A program made the position numbers and the translations under genes. DNA of 64,000 nt. Origin: Eledone cirrhosa (Eukaryota). The stretch lies in NCBI GenBank assembly GCA_964016885.1, contig OZ024741.1, positions 165,044,001-165,108,000 of the forward strand, read 5' to 3'. This document shows, piece after piece, positions 52,920 through 64,000 of the stretch. The notes below the pieces were generated by a model. It was not told where the DNA came from, made no database searches, and worked only from the letters and a program-made list of their open reading frames with translations. Within the stretch, counting starts at the first letter, position 1. The number at the start of each line of letters is the position of its first letter.

Positions 52920-53350
52920 ATGGTGGTTGTGTTTGAGGTGAGGGTGGCTGTGTTTGTGGTGACGATGGTGGCTGTGGTGGAGGTGATGAGGGGGGATGTG
53001 GTGGAGGTGATGAGGCTGGCTGTGGTTGTGGTGATGAGGGTGGATGTGGTGGAGGTGATGAGGGTGGCTGTGGTTGTGGTGATGAGGGTGGCTGCGGTTG
53101 TGGTGATGACGGTGGCTGTGGTGGAGGTGATGAGGGTGGCTGTGGTTGTGGTGATGAGGGTGGATGTGGTGGAGGTGATGAGGGTGGCTGTGGTTGTGGT
53201 GATGAGAGTGGATGTGGTGGGTGGAGGTGATGAGGGTGGCTGTGGTTGTGGTGATGAGGGTGGCTGCGGTTGTGGTGATGAGGGTGGCTGTGGTTGTGGT
53301 GATGAGGGTGGATGTGGTGGAGGTGATGAGGGAGGCTGTGGTTGTGGTGA
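52920..53350. repeat. 24-bp minisatellite with alternating gtgatgagggtggctgtggttgtg and gtgatgagggtggatgtggtggag units
   Basis: Directly visible; grades into the 9-bp array. Confidence 0.9.
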
Positions 53351-53439
53351 TAGATCCAGTTTCAGTGTTGGTGGTGTTGATGTTGATAGTTGTGGTAGTG
53401 ATGTTGATATTGGTAGTGTTGGTGATAGTAGTGATGTTG

Positions 53440-56400
53440 ATGTTGTTGGTGTTGTTGGTGTTGTTGGTGTTGGTAGTGTTGTTAGTGTTCTTAGTGTTGG
53501 TAGTGGTGTTGGTAGTGTTGTTGGTGTTGGTAGTGTTGTTGGTGTTCTTAGTGTTGGTAGTTTTGTTGGTGTTGGTAGTGTTGTTGGTGTTCTTAGTGTT
53601 GGTAGTGTTCTAAGTGTTGGTAGTGTTCTTAGTGTTGGTAGTTTTGTTGGTGTTGGTAGTGTTGTTGGTGTTCTTAGTGTTGGTAGTGTTCTAAGTGTTG
53701 GTAGTGTTCTTAGTGTTGGTAGTTTTGTTGGTGTTGGTAGTGTTGTTGGTGTTCTTAGTGTTGGTAGTGTTCTAAGTGTTGGTAGTGTTCTTAGTGTTGG
53801 TAGTTTTGTTGGTGTTGGTAGTGTTGTTGGTGTTCTTAGTGTTCTAAGTGTTGGTAGTGTTCTTAGTGTTGGTAGTGTTGTTTGTGTTGGTAGTGTTGGT
53901 AGTGTTCTTAGTGTTGGTAGTTTTGTTGGTGTTGGTAGTGTTGTTGGTGTTGGTAGTGTTGTTGGTGTTCTTAGTGTTGGTAGTGTTGTTGGTGTTGGTA
54001 GTGTTATTGGTGTTCTTAGTGTTGGTAGTGTTGTTGGTGTTCTTAGTGTTGGTAGTGTTGTTGGTGTTGGTAGTGTTGGTGGTGTTCTTAGTGTAGGTAG
54101 TGTTGTTGGTGTTGGTAGTGTTGTTAGTGTTGTTGGTGTTGGTAGTGTTGGTGGTGTTCTTAGTGTTGGTAGTGTTGTTGGTGTTCTTAGTGTTGGTAGT
54201 GTTGTTGGTGTTGGTAGTGTTGTTGGTGTTGGTAGTGTTGTTGGTGTTGGTAGTGTTGTTGGTATTGGTAGTGTTCTTAGTGTTGGTAGTGTTGGTAGTG
54301 TTGTTGGTGTTGGTAGTGTTGTTGGTGTTGGTAGTGTTCTTAGTGTTGGTAGTGTTCTTAGTGTTGGTAGTGTTCTTAGCGTTGTTTGTGTTGGTAGTGT
54401 TCTTAGTGTTGGTAGTGTTGTTGATGTTGGTAGTGTTGGTAGTGTTCTTAGTGTTGGTAGTGTTGTTGGTGTTGGTGGTGTTGGTAGTGTTGTTGGTGTT
54501 GGTAGTGTTCTTAGTGTTGGTAGTGTTGGTAGTGTTGTTGGTGTTGGTAGTGTTGGTAGTGTTGGTAGTGTTGTTGGTGTTCTTATTGTTGGTAGTGTTG
54601 TTGGTGTTCTTAGTGTTGGTAGTGTTGTTGGTGTTGGTCGTGTTGGTAGTGTTGTTGGTGTTGGTCGTGTTGGTAGTGTTGTTGGTGTTGGTAGTGTTGG
54701 TAGTGTTGTTTGTGTTGGTAGTGTTGTTGGTGTTCTTATTGTTGGTAGTGTTGTTGGTGTTCTTAGTGTTGGTAGTGTTGTTGGTGTTGGTAGTGTTGGT
54801 AGTGTTGTTGGTGGTCTTAGTGTTGGTAGTGTTGTTGGCGTTGTTAGTGTTGTTGGTGTTCTTAGTGTTGGTAGTGTTGTTTGTGTTGGTAGTGTTGTTG
54901 GTGTTGGTAGTGTTGTTGGTGTTGGTAGTGTTGTTGGTGTTGGTAGTGTTGTTGGTGTTGGTAGTGTTGTTGGTGTTCTTAGTGTTGGTAGTGTTGTTGG
55001 TGTTGCTAGTGTTGTTGGTGTTGGTAGTGTTGTTGGTGTTGGTAGTGTTGTTGGTGTTGGTAGTGTTGTTGGTGTTGTTGGTGTTGGTAGTGTTGTTGGT
55101 GTTCTTAGTGTTGGTAGTGTTGTTGGTGTTCTTAGTGTTGGTAGTGTTGTTGGTGTTGGTAGTGTTGGTAGTGTTGTTGGTGGTCTTAGTGTTGGTAGTG
55201 TTGTTGGTGTTGTTAGTGTTGTTGGTGGTCTTAGTGTTGGTAGTGTTGTTGGTGTTGGTAGTGTTGTTGGTGTTCTTATTGTTGGTAGTGTTGTTGGTGT
55301 TGGTAGTGTTGTTGGTGTTGTTAGTGTTGGTAGTGTTGTTGGTGTTGGTAGTGTTGTTGGTGGTCTTAGTGTTGGTAGTGTTGTTGGTGTTCTTAGTGTT
55401 GGTAGTGTTGTTGGTGTTGGTAGTGTTGTTGGTGTTGTTAGTGTTGGTAGTGTTGTTGGTGTTGGTAGTGTTGTTGGTGATCTTAGTGTTGGTAGTGTTG
55501 TTGGTGTTGGTAGTGTTGTTGGTGTTCTTATTGTTGGTAGTGTCATTGGTGTTGGTAGTGTTGTTGGTGTTCTTAGTGTTGGTAGTGTTGTTGGTGTTCT
55601 TAGTGTTGGTAGTGTTGTTGGTGTTGGTAGTGTTGTTGGTGTTGTTGGTGTTGGTAGTGTTGTTGGTGTTGGTAGTGTTGTTGGTGATCTTAGTGTTGGT
55701 AGTGTTGTTGGTGTTGGTAGTGTTGTTGGTGTTGGTAGTGTTGTTGGTGTTGGTAGTGTTGTTGGTGTTGTTGGTGTTGTTAGTGTTGTTAGTGTTGTTG
55801 GTGTTGTTAGTGTTGGTAGTGTTGTTGGTGTTGGTAGTGTTCTTAGTGTTGGTAGTGTTGTTGGTGTTGGTGGTGTTGGTAGTGTTGTTGGTGTTGGTAG
55901 TGTTGTTGGTGGTCTTAGTGTTGGTAGTGTTGTTGGTGTTCTTAGTGTTGGTAGTGTTGTTGGTGTTGGTAGTGTTGGTAGTGTTGTTGGTGTTGGTAGT
56001 GTTGTTGGTGTTGTTAGTGTTGGTAGTGTTGTTGGTGTTGGTAGTGTTGTTGGTGTTGGTAGTGTTGTTGGTGTTCTTATTGTTGGTAGTGTCATTGGTG
56101 TTGGTAGTGTTGTTGGTGTTCTTAGTGTTGGTAGTGTTGTTGGTGTTCTTAGTGTTGGTAGTGTTGTTGGTGTTGGTAGTGTTGTTGGTGTTGTTGGTGT
56201 TGGTAGTGTTGTTGGTGTTGGTAGTGTTGTTGGTGATCTTAGTGTTGGTAGTGTTGTTGGTGTTGGTAGTGTTGTTGGTGTTGGTAGTGTTGTTGGTGTT
56301 GGTAGTGTTGTTGGTGTTGTTGGTGTTGTTAGTGTTGGTAGTGTTGTTGGTGTTGTTAGTGTTGGTAGTGTTGTTGGTGTTGGTAGTGTTCTTAGTGTTG

Positions 56401-59400
56401 GTAGTGTTGTTGGTGTTGGTGGTGTTGGTAGTGTTGTTGGTGTTGGTAGTGTTGGTGGTGTTCTTAGTGTTGGTGGTGTTGGTAGTATTGTTGGTGTTGG
56501 TAGTGTTCTTAGTGTTGGTAGTGTTGGTAGTGTTGTTGGTGTTGGTAGTGTTGGTAGTGTTGGTAGTGTTGTTGGTGTTCTTATTGTTGGTAGTGTTGTT
56601 GGTGTTCTTAGTGTTGGTAGTGTTGTTGGCGTTCTTAGTGTTGGTAGTGTTGTTGGTGTTGGTCGTGTTGGTAGTGTTGTTGGTGTTGGTAGTGTTGGTA
56701 GTGTTGTTTGTGTTGGTAGTGTTGTTGGTGTTCTTATTGTTGGTAGTGTTGTTGGTGTTCTTAGTGTTGGTAGTGTTGTTTGTGTTGGTAGTGTTGTTGG
56801 TGTTGGTAGTGTTGTTGGTGTTGGTAGTGTTGTTGGTGTTGGTAGTGTTGTTGGTGTTGGTAGTGTTGTTGGTGTTCTTAGTGTCGGTAGTGTTGTTGGT
56901 GTTGGTAGTGTTGTTGGTGGTCTTAGTGTTGGTAGTGTTGTTGGTGTTGGTAGTGTTGTTGGTGGTCTTAGTGTTGGTAGTGTTGTTGGTGTTGGTAGTG
57001 TTGTTGGTGTTCTTATTGTTGGTAGTGTTGTTGGTGGTCTTAGTGTTGGTAGTGTTGTTGGTGTTGGTAGTGTTGTTGGTGCTGGTAGTGTTGTTGGTGT
57101 TGGTAGTGTTGGTAGTGTTGTTGGTGTTGGTAGTGTTGTTGGTGTTCTTAGTGTTGGTAGTGTTGTTGGTGTTGGTAGTGTTGGTAGTGTTGTTGGTGTT
57201 GGTAGTATTGTTGGTGTTGGTAGTGTTGGTAGTGTTGTTGGTGTTCTTAGTGTTGTTGGTGTTGTTGGTGTTGGTAGTGTTGTTGGTGGTCTTAGTATTG
57301 GTAGTATTGTTGGTGTTCTTAGTGTTGGTAGTGTTGTTGGTGTTGGTAGTGTTGGTAGTGTTGTTGGTGTTGGTAGTGTTGCTGGTGTTGGCAGTGTTGG
57401 TAGTGTTGTTGGTGTTCTTAGTGTTGGTAGTGTTCTTAGTGTTGGTAGTGTTGTTGGTGTTGGTAGTGTTGGTAGTGTTGTTGGTGGTCTTAGTGTTGGT
57501 AGTGTTGTTGGTGGTCTTAGTGTTGGTAGTTTTGTTGGTGTTGGTAGTGTTGTTGGTGTTCTTAGTGTTGGTAGTGTTGTTGGTGTTGTTGGTGTTGGTA
57601 GTGTTGGTAGTGTTGTTGGTGTTGGTAGTGTTGTTGGTGTTGGTTGTGTTGGTAGTGTTGTTGGTGTTCTTAGTGTTGGTAGTGTTGTTGGTGTTGGTAG
57701 TGTTGGTAGTGTTGTTGGTGTTGGTAGTGTTGTTGGTGTTCATAGTGTTGGTAGTGTTGTTGGTGTTGGTAGTGTTGGTAGTGTTCTTAGTGTTGGTAGT
57801 GTTCTTAGTGTTGGTAGTGTTGGTGGTGGTCTTAGTGTTGGTAGTGTTGTTGGTGGTCTTAGTGTTGGTAGTGTTGTTGGTGGTCTTAGTGTTGGTAGTG
57901 TTGTTGGTGTTCTTAGTGTTGGTAGTGTTGTTGGTGTTGGTAGTGTTGTTGGTGTTCTTAGTCTTGGTAGTGTTGTTGGTGTTGTTAGTGTCGTTGGTGT
58001 TCTTAGTGTTGGTAGTGTTGTTGGTGTTGTTAGTGTCGTTGGTGTTCTTAGTCTTGGTAGTGTTGTTGGTGTTGTTAGTGTCGTTGGTGTTCTTAGTGTT
58101 GGTAGTGTTGTTGGTGTTGGTAGTGTTGTTGGTGTTGGTAGTGTTGTTGGTGTTCTTAGTGTTGGTAGTGTTGTTGGTGTTGTTAGTGTCGTTGGTGTTC
58201 TTAGTGTTGGTAGTGTTGTTGGTGTTGTTAGTGTCGTTGGTGTTCTTAGTGTTGGTAGTGTTGTTGGTGTTGGTAGTGTCGGTAGTGTTCTTAGTGTTGG
58301 TAGTGTTGTTGATGTTCTTAGTGTTGGTAGTGTTGTTGGTGCTGGTAGTGTTGGTAGTGTTGTTGGTGTTCTTAGTGTTGGTAGTGTTGTTGGTGTTGGT
58401 AGTGTTGTTGGTGTTCTTAGTGTTGTTAGTGTTGTTGGTGACGTTAGTGTTGTTGGTGTTCTTAGTGTCGTTAGTGTTGTTGGTGTTCTTAGTGTTGGTA
58501 GTGTTGTTGGTGTTGTTAGTGTCGTTGGTGTTCTTAGTGTTGGTAGTGTTGTTGGTGTTGGTAGTGTTGTTGGTGTTGGTAGTGTTGGTAGTGTTGTTGG
58601 TGTTCTTAGTGTTGGTAGTGTTGTTGGTGTTGTTAGTGTCGTTGGTGTTCTTAGTGTTGGTAGTGTTGTTGGTGTTGGTAGTGTTGTTGGTGTTCTTAGT
58701 GTTGGTAGTGTTGTTGGTGTTGGTAGTGTTGTTGGTGTTGGTAGTGTTGGTAGTGTTGTTAGTGTTGTTGGTGTTGGTAGTGTTGGTAGTTTTGTTGGTG
58801 TTGGTAGTGTTGGTAGTGTTGTTGGTGGTCTTAGTGTTGGTAGTGTTGTTGGTGTTGGTAGTGTTGGTAGTGTTGTTGGTGGTCTTAGTGTTGGTAGTGT
58901 TGTTGGTGTTGGTAGTGTTTTTGGTGTTCTTAGTGTTGGTAGTGTTGTTGGTGTTGGTAGTGTTGGTAGTGTTGGTAGTGTTGTTGGTGTTGGTAGTGTT
59001 GGTAGTGTTGGTAGTGTTGTTGGTGGTCTTAGTGTTGGTAGTGTTGTTGGTGTTGGTAGTGTTGGTAGTGTTGTTGGTGGTCTTAGTGTTGGTAGTGTTG
59101 TTGGTGGTCTTAGTGTTTTTGGTGTTCTTAGTGTTGGTAGTGTTGGTAGTGTTGTTAGTGTTGGTAGTGTTATTGGTGGTCCTAGTGTTGGTAGTGTTGT
59201 TGGTGTTGGTAGTGTTGGTAGTGTTGGTAGTGTTGTTGGTGGTCTTAGTGTTGGTAGTGTTGTTGGTGTTGGTAGTGTTGGTAGTGTTGTTGGTGTTCTT
59301 AGTGTTGGTAGTGTTGTTGGTGTTGGTAGTGTTGTTGGTGTTCTTAGTGTTGTTAGTCTTGTTGGTGTTGGTAGTGTTGTTGGTGTTCTTAGTGTTGGTA

Positions 59401-62400
59401 GTGTTGTTGGTGTTGGTAGTGTTGTTGGTGTTCTTAGTGTTGGTAGTGTTGTTGGTGTTGGTAGTGTTGTTGGTGTTCTTAGTGTTGGTAGTGTTGTTGG
59501 TGTTGGTAGTGTTGTTGGTGTTGGTAGTGTTGGTAGTGTTGTTAGTGTTGTTGGTGTTGGTAGTGTTGGTAGTTTTGTTGGTGTTGGTAGTGTTGGTAGT
59601 GTTGTTGGTGGTCTTAGTGTTGGTAGTGTTGTTGGTGTTGGTAGTGTTGGTAGTGTTGTTGGTGGTCTTAGTGTTGGTAGTGTTGTTGGTGTTGGTAGTG
59701 TTTTTTGGTGTTCTTAGTGTTGGTAGTGTTGGTAGTGTTGTTAGTGTTGGTAGTGTTGTTGGTGTTGGTAGTGTTGTTGGTGTTCTTAGTATTGGTAGTG
59801 TTGTTGGTGTTGGTAGTGTTGTTGGTGTTCTTAGTGTTGGTAGTGTTGGTAGTGTTGGTAGTGTTGTTGGTGTTGGTAGTGTTGTTGGTGTTGGTAGTGT
59901 TGGTAGTGTTGTTGGTGTTCTTAGTGTTGGTAGTGTTGTTGGTGTTGGTAGTGTTGTTGGTGTTCTTAGTGTTGGTAGTGTTGTTGGTGTTGGTAGTGTT
60001 GTTGGTGTTCTTAGTGTTGGTGGTGTTGGTAGTGTTGGTAGTGTTGTTGGTGGTCTTAGTGTTGTTAGTGTTGGTAGTGTTGTTGGTGTTGGTAGTGTTG
60101 GTAGTGTTGTTGGTGTTGGTAGTGTTTTTGGTGTTCTTAGTGTTGGTAGTGTTGGTAGTGTTGTTTGTGGTCTTAGTGTTGTTAGTGTTGGTAGTGTTGT
60201 TGGTGTTGGTAGTGTTGTTGGTGTTCTTAGTATTGGTAGTGTTGTTGGTGTTGGTAGTGTTGTTGGTGTTCTTAGTGTTGGTAGTGTTGTTGGTGTTGGT
60301 AGTGTTGGTAGTGTTGTTGGTAGTGTTGGTAGTGTTGGTAGTGTTGTTGGTGTTCTTAGTGTTGGTAGTGTTGTTGGTGTTGGTAGTGTTGTTGGTGTTC
60401 TTAGTGTTGGTAGTGTTGTTGGTGTTGGTAGTGTTGGTAGTGTTGTTGGTGTTGGTGTTGGTAGTGTTGGTAGTGTTGTTGGTGTTCTTAGTGTTGGTAG
60501 TGTTGTTGGTGTTGTTAGTGTTGTTGGTGTTCTTAGTGTTGGTAGTGTTGTTGGTGTTGGTAGTGTTGGTAGTGTTGTTGGTGGTCTTAGTGTTGTTAGT
60601 GTTGGTAGTGTTGTTGGTGTTGGTAGTGTTGGTAGTGTTGTTGGTGGTCTTAGTGTTGGTAGTGTTGTTGGTGTTCTTAGCGTTGCTAGTGTTGTTGGTG
60701 TTCTTAGTGTTGGTAGTGTTGTTGGTGTTCTTAGTGTTGTTGGTGTTGGTAGTGTTGTTAGCGTTGCTAGTGTTGTTGGTGTTGGTAGTGTTGTTGGTGG
60801 TCTTAGTGTTGGTAATGTTGTTGGTGTTCTTAGTGTTGGTAGTGTTGTTGGTGTTGATAGTGTTGTTGGTGTTGGTAGTGTTGTTGGTGTTGGTAGTGTT
60901 TTTGGTGTTGGTAGTGTTGTTGGTGTCGTTAGTGTTGGTAGTGTTATTGGTGGTCCTAGTGTTGGTAGTGTTGTTGGTGTTCTTAGTGTTGGTAGTGTTG
61001 TTGGTGTTGGTAGTGTTGTTGGTGTTCTTAGTGTTGGTAGTGTTGTTGGTGTTGGTAGTGTTGTTGGTGTTCTTAGTGTTGGTAGTGTTGTTGGTGTTGG
61101 TAGTGTTGTTGGTGTTCTTAGTGTTGGTAGTGTTGTTGGTGTTGGTAGTGTTGGTAGTGTTGTTGGTGTTGGTAGTGTTGGTAGTTTTGTTGGTGTTGGT
61201 AGTGTTGGTAGTGTTGTTGGTGGTCTTAGTGTTGGTAGTGTTGTTGGTGTTGGTAGTGTTGGTAGTGTTGTTGGTGGTCTTAGTGTTGGTAGTGTTGTTG
61301 GTGTTGGTAGTGTTTTTGGTGTTCTTAGTGTTGGTAGTGTTGTTAGTGTTGTTAGTGTTGGTAGTGTTGTTGGTGTTGGTAGTGTTGTTGGTGTTCTTAG
61401 TATTGGTAGTGTTGTTGGTGTTGGTAGTGTTGTTGGTGTTCTTAGTGTTGGTAGTGTTGGTAGTGTTGTTGGTGTTGGTAGTGTTGTTGGTGTTGGTAGT
61501 GTTGGTAGTGTTGTTGGTGTTCTTAGTGTTGGTAGTGTTGTTGGTGTTGGTAGTGTTGTTGGTGTTCTTAGTGTTGGTAGTGTTGTTGGTGTTGGTAGTG
61601 TTGGTAGTGTTGTTGGTGTTGGCAGTGTTGTTGGTGTTGGTAGTGTTGGTAGTGTTGTTGGTGTTCTTAGTGTTGGTAGTGTTGTTGGTGTTGGTAGTGT
61701 TGTTGGTGTTCTTAGTGTTGGTGGTGTTGGTAGTGTTGGTAGTGTTGTTGGTGGTCTTAGTGTTGTTAGTGTTGGTAGTGTTGTTGGTGTTGGTAGTGTT
61801 GGTAGTGTTGTTGGTGTTGGTAGTGTTTTTGGTGTTCTTAGTGTTGGTAGTGTTGGTAGTGTTGTTTGTGGTCTTAGTGTTGTTAGTGTTGGTAGTGTTG
61901 TTGGTGTTGGTAGTGTTGTTGGTGTTCTTAGTATTGGTAGTGTTGTTGGTGTTGGTAGTGTTGTTGGTGTTCTTAGTGTTGGTAGTGTTGGTAGTGTTGT
62001 TGGTGTTGGTAGTGTTGTTGGTGTTGGTAGTGTTGGTTAGTGTTGTTGGTGTTCTTAGTGTTGGTAGTGTTGTTGGTGTTGGTAGTGTTGTTGGTGTTCT
62101 TAGTGTTGGTAGTGTTGTTGGTGTTGGTAGTGTTGGTAGTGTTGTTGGTGTTGGTAGTGTTGTTGGTGTTGGTAGTGTTGGTAGTGTTGGTAGTGTTGTT
62201 GGTGTTCTTAGTGTTGGTAGTGTTGTTGGTGTTGGTAGTGTTGTTGGTGTTCTTAGTGTTGGTAGTGTTGTTGGTGTTGGTAGTGTTGTTGGTGTTCTTA
62301 GTGTTGGTAGTGTTGTTGGTGTTGGTAGTGTTGGTAGTGTTGTTGGTGTTGGTAGTGTTGTTGGTGTTGGTAGTGTTGGTAGTGTTGTTGGTGTTGGTAG

Positions 62401-64000
62401 TGTTGTTGGTGTTGGTAGTGTTGGTAGTGTTGTTGGTGTTCTTAGTGTTGGTAGTGTTGTTGGTGTTGGTAGTGTTGTTGGTGTTCTTAGTGTTGGTAGT
62501 GTTGTTGGTGTTGGTAGTGTTGGTAGTGTTGTTGGTGTTGGTAGTGTTGTTGGTGTTGGTAGTGTTGTTGGTGTTCTTAGTGTTGGTAGTGTTGTTGGTG
62601 TTGGTAGTGTTGTTGGTGTTCTTAGTGTTGGTAGTGTTGTTGGTGTTGGTAGTGTTGGTAGTGTTGTTGGTGTTGGTAGTGTTGTTGGTGTTGGTAGTGT
62701 TGTTGGTGTTCTTAGTCTTGGTAGTGTTGTTGGTGTTGTTAGTGTCGTTGGTGTTCTTAGTGTTGGTAGTGTTGTTGGTGTTGTTAGTGTCGTTGGTGTT
62801 CTTAGTCTTGGTAGTGTTGTTGGTGTTGTTAGTGTCGTTGGTGTTCTTAGTGTTGGTAGTGTTGTTGGTGTTGGTAGTGTTGTTGGTGTTGGTAGTGTTG
62901 TTGGTGTTCTTAGTGTTGGTAGTGTTGTTGGTGTTGTTAGTGTCGTTGGTGTTCTTAGTGTTGGTAGTGTTGTTGGTGTTGTTAGTGTCGTTGGTGTTCT
63001 TAGTGTTGGTAGTGTTGTTGGTGTTGGTAGTGTCGGTAGTGTTCTTAGTGTTGGTAGTGTTGTTGATGTTCTTAGTGTTGGTAGTGTTGTTGGTGCTGGT
63101 AGTGTTGGTAGTGTTGTTGGTGTTCTTAGTGTTGGTAGTGTTGTTGGTGTTGGTAGTGTTGTTGGTGTTCTTAGTGTTGTTAGTGTTGTTGGTGACGTTA
63201 GTGTTGTTGGTGTTCTTAGTGTCGTTAGTGTTGTTGGTGTTCTTAGTGTTGGTAGTGTTGTTGGTGTTGTTAGTGTCGTTGGTGTTCTTAGTGTTGGTAG
63301 TGTTGTTGGTGTTGGTAGTGTTGTTGGTGTTGGTAGTGTTGGTAGTGTTGTTGGTGTTCTTAGTGTTGGTAGTGTTGTTGGTGTTGTTAGTGTCGTTGGT
63401 GTTCTTAGTGTTGGTAGTGTTGTTGGTGTTGGTAGTGTTGTTGGTGTTCTTAGTGTTGGTAGTGTTGTTGGTGTTGGTAGTGTTGTTGGTGTTGGTAGTG
63501 TTGGTAGTGTTGTTAGTGTTGTTGGTGTTGGTAGTGTTGGTAGTTTTGTTGGTGTTGGTAGTGTTGGTAGTGTTGTTGGTGGTCTTAGTGTTGGTAGTGT
63601 TGTTGGTGTTGGTAGTGTTGGTAGTGTTGTTGGTGGTCTTAGTGTTGGTAGTGTTGTTGGTGTTGGTAGTGTTTTTGGTGTTCTTAGTGTTGGTAGTGTT
63701 GTTGGTGTTGGTAGTGTTGGTAGTGTTGGTAGTGTTGTTGGTGTTGGTAGTGTTGGTAGTGTTGGTAGTGTTGTTGGTGGTCTTAGTGTTGGTAGTGTTG
63801 TTGGTGTTGGTAGTGTTGGTAGTGTTGTTGGTGGTCTTAGTGTTGGTAGTGTTGTTGGTGGTCTTAGTGTTTTTGGTGTTCTTAGTGTTGGTAGTGTTGG
63901 TAGTGTTGTTAGTGTTGGTAGTGTTATTGGTGGTCCTAGTGTTGGTAGTGTTGTTGGTGTTGGTAGTGTTGGTAGTGTTGGTAGTGTTGTTGGTGGTCTT
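53440..64000. repeat. More than 10.5 kb of GT-rich array built from 9-bp words (gttggtagt, gttgttggt, gttcttagt, ggtcttagt, gttgttagt); runs off the window end
   Basis: Directly visible. Four of six frames stay open for kilobases; single-base insertions at ~59701 and ~62037. Confidence 0.98.

Noticed and set aside
52902-62040. Plus-strand VGSVVG and poly-LV ORFs, and the minus-strand NT-rich ORF
   Set aside because: By-products of a triplet-based array with implausible composition. Only the Thr/Pro frame is kept, as a weak hypothesis.
53440-64000. Telomeric repeat
   Set aside because: G/T-rich on one strand but has no TTAGGG or TTAGG units; it is an irregular mixture of 9-mers.

Overview
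AT-rich, microsatellite-dense eukaryotic DNA. The repeat content (tRNA-derived SINEs with (ATT)n tails, RTE LINEs with (GAT)n tails, CR1 remnants) looks like a coleoid cephalopod, probably octopus; this is recognition from memory, not a search result. I found no convincing host protein-coding gene, so the window is probably intronic or intergenic. About a third of it is two very large tandem arrays: a 33-bp minisatellite (~20.1-31.5 kb) and a 9-bp/triplet-based GT-rich array (~53.4 kb to the window end). These arrays produce all the giant ORFs in the track. The rest is mostly transposons: a 5'-truncated RTE LINE with an uninterrupted frame and a PHD-type C4HC3 finger inside its RT region, a frameshifted DD37D (maT) mariner, eight copies of a TTAA/CCC piggyBac-like MITE (several with nested insertions), hAT MITEs, head-to-tail SINE arrays, and CR1 and CRE remnants. 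The most interesting signal is a set of non-coding fold-back elements sitting in microsatellites. One is a 1.7-kb inverted structure carrying two complete, divergently oriented minimal type I hammerhead ribozymes (38754-38818 on -, 40234-40298 on +). There are also two damaged hammerheads, a spacer-less 400-bp palindrome, and a small hairpin family whose two arms co-vary between copies. Together these suggest several non-autonomous Penelope-like or retrozyme-like ribozyme elements. All coordinates were read by eye and are approximate to a few bp.
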